From a virus: a stretch of 64,000 bases of DNA. The notes beneath the pieces are model-generated. The model had not been told where the DNA came from, searched no databases, and worked only from the letters and a program-made list of their open reading frames with translations. Position numbers and translations under genes: made by a program. The DNA lies in the IMG/VR virus record IMGVR_UViG_3300036770_003984, positions 1 to 64,000 of that record, one strand, 5' to 3'. This document shows, one piece after another, positions 28,315 to 36,740 of this stretch (positions are counted from its first letter, which is position 1; every line of letters starts with the position of its first letter).

Positions 28315-30886
28315 ATATCTTATGTAAAATTGATTTTGAATTAATACTTTTCATTTCACCCTTGTTATTTCTACATACAATGTTATAGAAATAAACACCT
28401 GATGAAAATTCACTCATACCATCCCATTTCTCAGAAACAAACTTACCAAAACCATCATTGTTATTTAATTTGATTGTTTTAAGAATAGTACCTTTAATAT
28501 CAAACACCTCAATCAACAATTCATCAGCCTCAGAAAATTCATTACCAAGATTCACAACAAATGTTGTATAATCTTTAATTGGGTTTGGATAGTTATAAAT
28601 CTCATTTTTCATTTCAATTTTATTAACTGATGATAACAAAATTTGTTGTGGTATTGTATCTTCATAAATATTTTGATTGTGTACGATTCTTAAAGCAGGA
28701 TCTCCGTGATATATTAAATAATCTGCAGCCAATTCATTTAATAATCCATTATTTGATAAACTACTCATAGCCATTTTTATTAATTCACCATTTGTTTTAT
28801 TTTCAGTTCCAAGTAATCTGTAAAATTCTGTAGTAAAAGAATTAACTGAGAATAAAGAAATTGGTTTTGAAAATCCAAGGAATGCTGAAACTCCTCTGTT
28901 TGGACTTAGAACTAAGGTTTCACTTAAATCTTGTGTGGAGTTAAAAATATTTCCACTTGAGCAACTTAGAGACATAAAAAGGGGGTATTTGTATTTGTTA
29001 TTATATCTTTCGATTTTATTTAATTCAAAATCAATACTAGTTTCAGTTGCATGACCTAAATAAGTCATAATAGATACTCCTTTATTAAGTGTTGAATTTA
29101 AAGTTGAATCATTATTAGAATTTGTAAGATTAAAGTTTTCTTTATAAAACGAATGAACATTAGCATTAAATTCACTATTTTCCAAATTATCACCCAATGT
29201 GTTTATAACATTTGCAAACATTTGTTGTTCCGTTACATTAACACCACCACTTAAATGTAATACGTTTTTATCCCAAGAATTATCAGATGAATTTTTATAA
29301 GTTTCCATCTCAATAATTTTATTCATATAAACTCTAAACTCATCACCATTTGTTACGGATAATCTACCAACTGAAAGACTTGGTGTTGTTTGTCCTTTTT
29401 TTGTAAACAACATATTATCAGACCCAGGATAACCAAATGTTGGAATTTGAACATCGTATGTACTGAAATTTCTAACTTGATTATATTCCTTTGCTTTACC
29501 AATTAAAAATACGTGTTTTGGATTATCCCAATGAGTTAAAATATAATCTGAAAAGTTTCTAATTGATTGTGGGTGCAAATCTATACCATAACCAAATTGG
29601 TCAAAAATTTCTTGGATATTAACAATAATTGGGTTGTGTTCTGATGAACGATATGCCGCCCACTCAATAAGAGGATTGTCACCATATACATCATTAAACA
29701 TTTTACTATGTGCAATCATTACATAATCACCATTATAGTTTTGGTAGTTAGTGAAATTAACCTTATCAACTTTACCAACCAATTTAGTATTAGATAAAGT
29801 AATTAACACCAATTCTCTATCAACAGATGATGCTGGTAAATCAGTTAATACTTTTTGAGTATTAACATCATAAAAACAATGTATTCTAACTCCATTTGTA
29901 ATATCAAAAAGATAAACTTGATTTGACATCCCATTAAAATTATCTATTTCCAAGAATTTTCTTCCACCAGCACCAACATTAAATTGATATACACTTTTAC
30001 CTTCAAAGTTAAAACTTCTTGGGTATGTTACTTTAACATAACTGATTGAATGTTTGTCTAAACTATTATCCAAACCTCTAACTGAAAGTGTTGTTGTTTG
30101 TTGAAGACTTTGAAGTTCAATTTGAGTTGTGATAATTGTGTCGCCATAATACAACATATTAAGTATTGGTTGATTAGATATTGAGTATTCAACATTGTGA
30201 TTAAAACCTTTTGAATACATTCTAACCTCAACACTTGGTTTAATTGTGGTTTGTATAAAGTATGGTGTGTTTAATGTAATTGATTGATTTGTTGATAATT
30301 GACTACCATATCCTTCACCATATTCAAATGAACTTCTTGAGAAATCAATTCCACTAATTGAATATTCTTTCCCTACTGACCATATTAAGTTGGGGAGAAC
30401 CACAACCTCGGAAATGAAATAATTTTCTCTCTGAGGGAGATTTGTGAGGTTTGATGATATGTTTTGATATCTTTTTCCATTGATTGAATTATCCCAAGTT
30501 AAGAAATAAGAAGATGAATCTGTAATAAGACTATATTTAGGATTAAAGTGTCCGTTATTATATAGTTCTTTATCTAAAGTAGATTTATTTTTTTGACCCC
30601 AAAATTCAATGTAGTCAACTGAATCACCATTCATTTTAACATTGATTGGAATTTCTTGACCATTTAAAAATAATTGGATATTTGTTTGTGTTAATTTTGA
30701 TAAATCAACACCTGACATTGTTAGATGTGATGATGGAATACGATAAAGTCCATCCTCGGAAATTTTGAATTTGTAATATGTGTTTTGATAGTTTATCCAT
30801 TCATTACCGAATTTACCATCAGACATTTGTCCAAAAGAAAAACCACCAATTAGAAGAAAGATTAAAGTTAAAAGTATTGTTTTCAT
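28313..30886 (-). CDS. C25-family (gingipain/PorU-like) cysteine peptidase with signal peptide and T9SS CTD
   Basis: Start MKTILLTLIFLLIGGFSFG|Q. N-terminal GNEWINY...YYKFKISEDGLYRI; catalytic-type MTYLGH (His codon 29051-29053) and MSLSC (Cys codon 28961-28963); YHGDPALRI; CTD NYPNPIKD...VFDIKGTILK...SSGVYFYNI. Confidence 0.88.
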   Translation of the reverse strand: MKTILLTLIFLLIGGFSFGQMSDGKFGNEWINYQNTYYKFKISEDGLYRIPSSHLTMSGVDLSKLTQTNIQLFLNGQEIPINVKMNGDSVDYIEFWGQKNKSTLDKELYNNGHFNPKYSLITDSSSYFLTWDNSINGKRYQNISSNLTNLPQRENYFISEVVVLPNLIWSVGKEYSISGIDFSRSSFEYGEGYGSQLSTNQSITLNTPYFIQTTIKPSVEVRMYSKGFNHNVEYSISNQPILNMLYYGDTIITTQIELQSLQQTTTLSVRGLDNSLDKHSISYVKVTYPRSFNFEGKSVYQFNVGAGGRKFLEIDNFNGMSNQVYLFDITNGVRIHCFYDVNTQKVLTDLPASSVDRELVLITLSNTKLVGKVDKVNFTNYQNYNGDYVMIAHSKMFNDVYGDNPLIEWAAYRSSEHNPIIVNIQEIFDQFGYGIDLHPQSIRNFSDYILTHWDNPKHVFLIGKAKEYNQVRNFSTYDVQIPTFGYPGSDNMLFTKKGQTTPSLSVGRLSVTNGDEFRVYMNKIIEMETYKNSSDNSWDKNVLHLSGGVNVTEQQMFANVINTLGDNLENSEFNANVHSFYKENFNLTNSNNDSTLNSTLNKGVSIMTYLGHATETSIDFELNKIERYNNKYKYPLFMSLSCSSGNIFNSTQDLSETLVLSPNRGVSAFLGFSKPISLFSVNSFTTEFYRLLGTENKTNGELIKMAMSSLSNNGLLNELAADYLIYHGDPALRIVHNQNIYEDTIPQQILLSSVNKIEMKNEIYNYPNPIKDYTTFVVNLGNEFSEADELLIEVFDIKGTILKTIKLNNNDGFGKFVSEKWDGMSEFSSGVYFYNIVCRNNKGEMKSINSKSILHKI

Positions 30887-31140
30887 AGTATAAAAATTAT
30901 TTGTTTTAATTAATATACTATATAAGAGACTCAAAGACCCTATATTTCTTGGTGACCTAAATCAAGGTTATTAAACGTCATATCAATAAATGATTTGGGT
31001 TACTCGGTTTTAGATTGATTAATGATTGGGGTCACAATTATTCAAAAAATAAAATATTTTTCAATTTAATAAAACTTTATATTATAATATTACGTTTAGT
31101 ATTGGAAAAGTATTATTTTTACATTTAAATAATTAAACCT

Positions 31141-31482
31141 ATGAAAAAACTATTTTTGTTATTACTTTTACTTTTTAGTTTTGGTGTATTTGCACAATAT
31201 AATATTAACACTGAAATCAAAAATGATACTATTATTTTAGAGTATAAAACAATAGTACTATTTGATAGTAATGATTATATTAACATATTAGGTCAAAAAT
31301 TATTTGACCAAGAAATTTTGATTAAACATATTTTAATATGTCAATCAAATAATACAGCAATTTATAGATATATGTATTTCTTAAAACCTAAAATACAATG
31401 TGAAGAATATTTAAATAATTTATTAGAAAAATGTAAAGAAAAATATCCGAATTCTTTTTTACTAAATTGTTTAGATATATGA
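31141..31482 (+). CDS. secreted protein, SPOR-like C-terminus (paralog 1)
   Basis: Signal peptide ending FGVFA|Q; ends RYMYFLKPK...EEYLNNLLEKCKEKYPNSFLL. Confidence 0.7.
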   Translation: MKKLFLLLLLLFSFGVFAQYNINTEIKNDTIILEYKTIVLFDSNDYINILGQKLFDQEILIKHILICQSNNTAIYRYMYFLKPKIQCEEYLNNLLEKCKEKYPNSFLLNCLDI

Positions 31483-31515
31483 TAATTAATATATTTATGT
31501 ATAAAACGAAAATAT

Positions 31516-32706
31516 ATGACATGTTGTAATAAAAGAATAATAATTACTGAAGAAGATAGAAAACATATTTTAGGTATGTATGGGGTTATTCTAGAAACGG
31601 ATAAAATAAAACCCAATGAACAAGAAAAAGTAATTAAATTAGACCAACTTTATGCTAATGGTTATTATTCTATAACTAATAATAATAAAGCTAAATTTAA
31701 TGCAATTTTAGATGCCCAACTATTACCTACATTAAAACAATATCCTAATGTTAAATTAAATATTGATGTTAGGGCAGGTGAATCTATTTCTCCTAATTAT
31801 GACTATGAGTTAAAGGATAATAAACTTAAACCTGATATGTATCTTGCAAATCTTAGAAGAGATAAAATGATTGCATACCTAAATCAATATCTACAAGATT
31901 CTGGTTTAAAAAACTTACCAAATGTTAGTAATGTGCCAAATACACCAGGAACAAATGTTTGGAGAGGTAGGTCAGGTAAAGCAGATAATGGTATTGATAG
32001 ATTTGTTGAGGTTGTAATAGATTTAAATATTCCAGGTTTATGTTTAACTAATCTAAAAATTGAAGTTATTTATGACAAAAGTCCAGCAACGGCAGAATTT
32101 CCATGTAGAGGAAAACATAAATGTGATAGAGCAATATTTAATGTAAAATTAAATGGGGTTGTAATAGGTGAGGCTAATTTAAATAATGAGAATGATGGTG
32201 GAAGTAGAAACGCGACATTAATAGTTACTTCAGAACAAGCAACAACAATAGGTGGTAATTCTAATCAATTAGTATTAGCATTGGAAGGAATTCATGAAAA
32301 ACCCCACGATGATGTTCCTGAAGTAAGAATAACTGACCCTAAAGGTAATGTTATATTTCATGGATGTTGTGCTATTTTATCAGTTGGTAAAGGTCAAGAT
32401 AGGACTCTATTAATGTTAGACAAATGTGGAACAAAAGTTTTATCAGCATCAAAAGCGGTTGGTGTTGGTGAACCAACAAAGGATCAACTTGGTAGACCTA
32501 CATATGTTATTGGTACTGAAATGCAACTTCGTGACGATATAATACCAATTCTTAGAAAGACTAAAAGTATAACTGAAAATAACGATGGTACTATTACTTT
32601 TATTCAAAATTATTCAACAACTAAATTTAGATTTAATGCGGGTCTAACTATAAATCCACAAAAACCAATTATAATATCACCAAATGGTGAAGTCTCACAA
32701 AGATAA
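31516..32706 (+). CDS. protein with degenerate OmpA-like domain and N-terminal head-protein-type leader
   Basis: Leader IIITEEDRKHILGMYGVILE; LYANG...YPNVKLNIDVRAGES...YLANLRRDKMIAYL...DRFVEVVI follows OmpA C-domain spacing. Confidence 0.6.
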   Translation: MTCCNKRIIITEEDRKHILGMYGVILETDKIKPNEQEKVIKLDQLYANGYYSITNNNKAKFNAILDAQLLPTLKQYPNVKLNIDVRAGESISPNYDYELKDNKLKPDMYLANLRRDKMIAYLNQYLQDSGLKNLPNVSNVPNTPGTNVWRGRSGKADNGIDRFVEVVIDLNIPGLCLTNLKIEVIYDKSPATAEFPCRGKHKCDRAIFNVKLNGVVIGEANLNNENDGGSRNATLIVTSEQATTIGGNSNQLVLALEGIHEKPHDDVPEVRITDPKGNVIFHGCCAILSVGKGQDRTLLMLDKCGTKVLSASKAVGVGEPTKDQLGRPTYVIGTEMQLRDDIIPILRKTKSITENNDGTITFIQNYSTTKFRFNAGLTINPQKPIIISPNGEVSQR

Positions 32707-32731
32707 AAACTACATAAATAGTTTTTTTTTT

Positions 32732-32762
32732 AAAAGGTAGAAAAATATTTCTACCTTTTTTT
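32732..32762. terminator. intrinsic terminator
   Basis: aaaaggtagaaa-aata-tttctaccttttt. Confidence 0.8.
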
Positions 32763-32791
32763 GTTTTATAATTAAAACCTTTTTATCTTTG
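32760..32791 (+). promoter_or_regulatory. Bacteroidota primary-sigma promoter
   Basis: TTTG (32760-63), N20, TATCTTTG (32784-91); matches the TTTG-N19-21-TAnnTTTG consensus. Confidence 0.7.
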
Positions 32792-32817
32792 TGAAGAATC
32801 AAATTAAATTAAACATT

Positions 32818-33165
32818 ATGAAAAAACTACTCGTATTATTCTCAATCGTATTAGGTCTTGGTCTTAATGCACAATCACAAATTGTTTCTGATGTGTTGAC
32901 ATTAGATAATAAAAAAGATTCCACAATTTACGTAAAACATTACATTAAATTGTTTGAACTACAAGATTCCGTTGATGTTAGTGACATTAAATTACTTGAC
33001 GAATCTATTGTTGTGGAAAAACCAATAGATTTTAATTTTAAACCTCGTTATTTTTATGTTATAAGACCAAAATACGAAACTGATGAATATTTGGAAAAAT
33101 TATTGGATAGATGCAAATTTTATTTTCCAAATTCATATATGGTAGCTCAAATCATTAATAATTAA
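32818..33165 (+). CDS. secreted protein, SPOR-like C-terminus (paralog 2)
   Basis: Start MKKLLVLFSIVLGLGLNA|Q; ends RYFYVIRPK...DEYLEKLLDRCKFYFPNSYMV. Confidence 0.75.
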   Translation: MKKLLVLFSIVLGLGLNAQSQIVSDVLTLDNKKDSTIYVKHYIKLFELQDSVDVSDIKLLDESIVVEKPIDFNFKPRYFYVIRPKYETDEYLEKLLDRCKFYFPNSYMVAQIINN

Positions 33166-33183
33166 AAAATTTTAAAAAAAGAT

Positions 33184-33597
33184 ATGAAAAAATTTATTAA
33201 AAGGTTTTTAAAACGTAGTTACGTAAAGTGGGTTCTATTCAATAGAAAAATGAGTAACCCAGACTACAATAAAGTCTCTGAGACACAAAAAAAATGTATG
33301 TCAATTGCAAGATTATTGATTCTACATCCAGATTCTCATTTTCGACTTACTTTCTTAAGTAAAAAAAGATATATTATAAATAAAACTTTGGGTTTATTTC
33401 TAATATTGGATGGAAAATTATTGAGTATAACAAACCATGTTCATCATCATGATATTATTATAAGTGATAGAAATTATGATAGGTTTACCAAAATGTATGA
33501 TGAAAAAGTTGAAACAATACGTCAAAAAGATGAGGATGAAATTATGTCACAAATTGTTCACTCATTGGATGTAATACTTAATAAGATAAAAAGTTAA
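33184..33597 (+). CDS. hypothetical protein
   Basis: ORF track. Confidence 0.75.
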   Translation: MKKFIKRFLKRSYVKWVLFNRKMSNPDYNKVSETQKKCMSIARLLILHPDSHFRLTFLSKKRYIINKTLGLFLILDGKLLSITNHVHHHDIIISDRNYDRFTKMYDEKVETIRQKDEDEIMSQIVHSLDVILNKIKS

Positions 33598-33601
33598 TAT
33601 T

Positions 33602-33970
33602 TTATGTTATCTTAACTAATTTAATATCATTTCCACCATCAGTTTTTCCTAAATCTATTTCTTTTGACCTATTAATTTCTTTCATAATTAAATCAACTTT
33701 ATCTTTTTTAATTATAGATTCAAGTTGTTTCTTATTACTCGGATGTACATATTCCATTTTATAATTCCCATTGGATTGTTTTGTTAAACTTAAAACTTTT
33801 ACATTCCACCACATAAAAGCACCATAAGCTTGCAATTGCCATTTAATTGAATCTATTACAATTTTACCATCTTTATTTACCGAAATACTTGGAGGTGTTT
33901 CCATCTCAACAATTACACGTTTAATTAATCTTGTTAAATCACTTTCTGTTAGTCTAATAATTTTTTTCAT
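33602..33970 (-). CDS. hypothetical head-associated protein
   Basis: True start is likely MKKIIRLTESDLTRLIKRVIVE at 33970; the track's upstream extension overlaps the next gene. Confidence 0.75.
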   Translation of the reverse strand: MKKIIRLTESDLTRLIKRVIVEMETPPSISVNKDGKIVIDSIKWQLQAYGAFMWWNVKVLSLTKQSNGNYKMEYVHPSNKKQLESIIKKDKVDLIMKEINRSKEIDLGKTDGGNDIKLVKIT

Positions 33971-33971
33971 T

Positions 33972-34862
33972 TTATTTTTTATTTTTATATGACACCATTG
34001 TCGGTTTATTTCCAGTTCCAATTTTTGGATTTTTCTTTTCTTCTCTACGTTTTTGAGCACATGCGGATTTCTTTTCAGAATCTGACATCTTACCAGCAAC
34101 TCCTGCAGCCCTACATTTAGGATAACTCTTGGTATCAGCTTCACTCCTCCCACAAGGAGGATGTTTACCATCAACCTTTCTACATATATTAACCCAAGGT
34201 CCTTTTGGTTGTGATGACCCCTTGGGTTTTTTCTTTGTCCCAAACCATACCGCCAAATCTTCAGTAATTATTGGAGCTTCTTCATACCCCCATTCATTAA
34301 TAGTGTGAACATAATGTTTATCTATTTTATAACTTCCATCCTTCCCCTTTTCCCACATTCCAACAGTTCTTCTTATATTATCTTTGGTTGTTGATTTAAC
34401 TTTAATTTTATTTGCTTCAGTATCAACAAAATCTGAAAATGGTTGTAATTCAGGGTTCTTCCATTTTTTCATCCCAATTTCAATTGGTGCGTTATATTCA
34501 CCACCATATCCAAATGTTGCCTCATTTATTTTTTTTGATTTACCCTTTGGGTAGGGGTTAATTAGGTCACCATCGTCATCATTTTGTACTGGATGATTCT
34601 TGGCATAGATTGAAGATTTTTTTGCCTTAGATTCAATTTTTTTAATGTCTTTCTTTGGTGTATCCATTTTACCATCATAACTATCAGTAGCTAATTGTTG
34701 ACTATAATATTTTGATACAGAATCTTGATATGCACCCAATTCTGATTTTTTAAATATTCTTTTTCCTGGTCTAAGAGGAACAACAAATGAACCTCTTGAA
34801 CCAGATTCACTTGTCGCCTCTTTTAATATTTGTTTGACTATATTTTTTATTTTACTTATCAT
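33972..34862 (-). CDS. hypothetical head-associated protein
   Basis: Leader MISKIKNIVKQILKE; C-terminal GPWVNICR...PCGRS...YPKCR motif. Confidence 0.8.
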   Translation of the reverse strand: MISKIKNIVKQILKEATSESGSRGSFVVPLRPGKRIFKKSELGAYQDSVSKYYSQQLATDSYDGKMDTPKKDIKKIESKAKKSSIYAKNHPVQNDDDGDLINPYPKGKSKKINEATFGYGGEYNAPIEIGMKKWKNPELQPFSDFVDTEANKIKVKSTTKDNIRRTVGMWEKGKDGSYKIDKHYVHTINEWGYEEAPIITEDLAVWFGTKKKPKGSSQPKGPWVNICRKVDGKHPPCGRSEADTKSYPKCRAAGVAGKMSDSEKKSACAQKRREEKKNPKIGTGNKPTMVSYKNKK

Positions 34863-34882
34863 TATCTTATAAAATTAATAAT

Positions 34883-35092
34883 ATGGAAGAAAAAGAATTA
34901 TTTGGTAATTTATTTAATACAATTCCTCTTCATACTGAAGAACATTTGGAAACTATCCTAAACACCATTGATAAAGAACAAGCAGTTTTTTTTATAGTTC
35001 AAGCTGTAAAATATGCTTATCATCAAGGTTCTTATTCTATTGGTGAATCTGAAGTAATTTCAAAATGTATTAGACTTTTAAGTAAAGGTTAG
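34883..35092 (+). CDS. hypothetical protein
   Basis: ORF track. Confidence 0.65.
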   Translation: MEEKELFGNLFNTIPLHTEEHLETILNTIDKEQAVFFIVQAVKYAYHQGSYSIGESEVISKCIRLLSKG

Positions 35093-35117
35093 GTTATTTA
35101 TTTCCTTCCTCTTTCTT

Positions 35118-36620
35118 TTACTTGTGTATTATTTCACCATTAGCTCCACATGCAAAATCCTTCATATTACCTAAATCACTTAGATATTCATAAGTATTAT
35201 TAGGAAAGTAATATTTGTTATTTAATTGTACCAGAGCCATTGGTTTTGTTTGTCTATTAACATTACTATTAACAGTTTTAGTATCTATAAAAATATTATA
35301 TGTATTATTTTTTGGATCTTTTTTGTAAGTATCAAGAACACAAGCCAAATTAGGGTGTCCCCAACGTGGTTCTTTTTGAATTAAACAATCTATAGTTCCA
35401 TTACCACTAGGAGCTTCACAATTATCTATAGGAGGTTTTGTTGTTTTTGTATCTGTTGAACCTTTTGCTTCTTTTTCTGTCTCTATCTTAGCTTTACCTA
35501 AATCTACACTCGATTCACCCTTCCAACGCGCAAACTTACTCTCTAACGGAATTGTAACATATACTCTATAATAATTGAATTCCCAATGTGTAGGTGACCA
35601 TCCACCGGCAAAATGATAATTCATAAGTCTAACAAATTTATAACCAATATAACTAGACATATCGGTTAAAATAGCTGGTGCTTTTTTACTAATGGTTAAG
35701 TCTTTATATGAGTACATTGCAAGACAAAAAGTTGTATAGCTATTTAAGTCTGAAATAGCCGCAGCAATTGCATCTTCATCAGTTCCCCATTCCGATGAAG
35801 TAGCACGTTGAATTTTCTCATTAAAAGCTGCAGCCTCTGGAGCAAACAAAGGTGATTGTGCTAATTTGTTATATTGTTCTTCTTTGGGAAATTTTGTAGT
35901 ACAAAAAGTATTTATTGCATTTAGAAAATCTTCACTTGTTTGTTCTGAAGAAGTTTTTACAAGACCTATTTTATGTAATGCTTCGTGCATAGTTGCTATT
36001 GTAGTATAAGCAATTAAAGCTCCCGACATAAATAATGCTGGTCTACCCATACTACTAATTTTTTCAGTAGTTTTTTTAACTATACCATCAGATTTAGGCT
36101 TATTGGTTTCCCACCATTTATTAGTTCTTAACTGTTTTAATTCTTTATTAAGAACATCACTTAAGTTAGTAAGGCCGCCATTTTGATAAATATCTATATT
36201 TGGCAATTGTCTAGTAAATTTGTCTATATCAGCATCAGTTGGTATTTTATCAGGTTTAAAATATTTTTCAATCTCGTTAGCTAACATCTCAATTGTATAA
36301 TAGTAATTTTGAGATGTCATAAATCCACCTTCTTGACCTTGTTTATCTACTTTAAAAGTTTTTACATCAACATTTTTTAAAATATTATCAAGGCCAGTTA
36401 CAACTAAAGGATTATGTTTTTCATATTGTATAAAAGTTGTTAATGGCTTTCCGTGAAATTTTCCTACTGCTAATCTTGGTAAACCTATCATTTTTTGAAT
36501 TATTGGCCAATTTTCATTCAAAATTTTTTTATTAACCAAATATTGTTGTTTTGTTGCTTCAGTATGGAGATTCAAGATTCGTTTTTTTTCTTGTTCATCC
36601 AAAAAATATAGTTTTTTCAT
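35118..36620 (-). CDS. hypothetical head-associated protein
   Basis: Leader MKKLYFLDEQEKKRILNLH; TATTTAT upstream; central hydrophobic helix. Confidence 0.8.
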   Translation of the reverse strand: MKKLYFLDEQEKKRILNLHTEATKQQYLVNKKILNENWPIIQKMIGLPRLAVGKFHGKPLTTFIQYEKHNPLVVTGLDNILKNVDVKTFKVDKQGQEGGFMTSQNYYYTIEMLANEIEKYFKPDKIPTDADIDKFTRQLPNIDIYQNGGLTNLSDVLNKELKQLRTNKWWETNKPKSDGIVKKTTEKISSMGRPALFMSGALIAYTTIATMHEALHKIGLVKTSSEQTSEDFLNAINTFCTTKFPKEEQYNKLAQSPLFAPEAAAFNEKIQRATSSEWGTDEDAIAAAISDLNSYTTFCLAMYSYKDLTISKKAPAILTDMSSYIGYKFVRLMNYHFAGGWSPTHWEFNYYRVYVTIPLESKFARWKGESSVDLGKAKIETEKEAKGSTDTKTTKPPIDNCEAPSGNGTIDCLIQKEPRWGHPNLACVLDTYKKDPKNNTYNIFIDTKTVNSNVNRQTKPMALVQLNNKYYFPNNTYEYLSDLGNMKDFACGANGEIIHK

Positions 36621-36687
36621 ATTTTAAAAAGTTTTTATTATAAATATCAATAAAGAATAAAAAGTATTATTACTTAAATTATAATTG

Positions 36688-36718
36688 AAAAAAAAGAGGG
36701 ACAAAAACTTGTCCCTCT
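36688..36718 (-). terminator. terminator after major capsid gene
   Basis: gagggacaa-aaac-ttgtccctc with a T-run on the minus strand. Confidence 0.8.
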
Positions 36719-36740
36719 CGTCATTTTTTATTAAGATTTA

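Noticed and set aside
4577-30934. Host chromosomal contamination explaining the T9SS genes
   Set aside because: Composition is similar to flanking phage genes, the inserts are bounded by phage-type terminators and the two CTDs are paralogous; read-level confirmation is still advisable.
33971-34243. N-terminal extension of ORF 33602-34243
   Set aside because: It overlaps the 33972-34862 gene in another frame; the real start is probably 33970.
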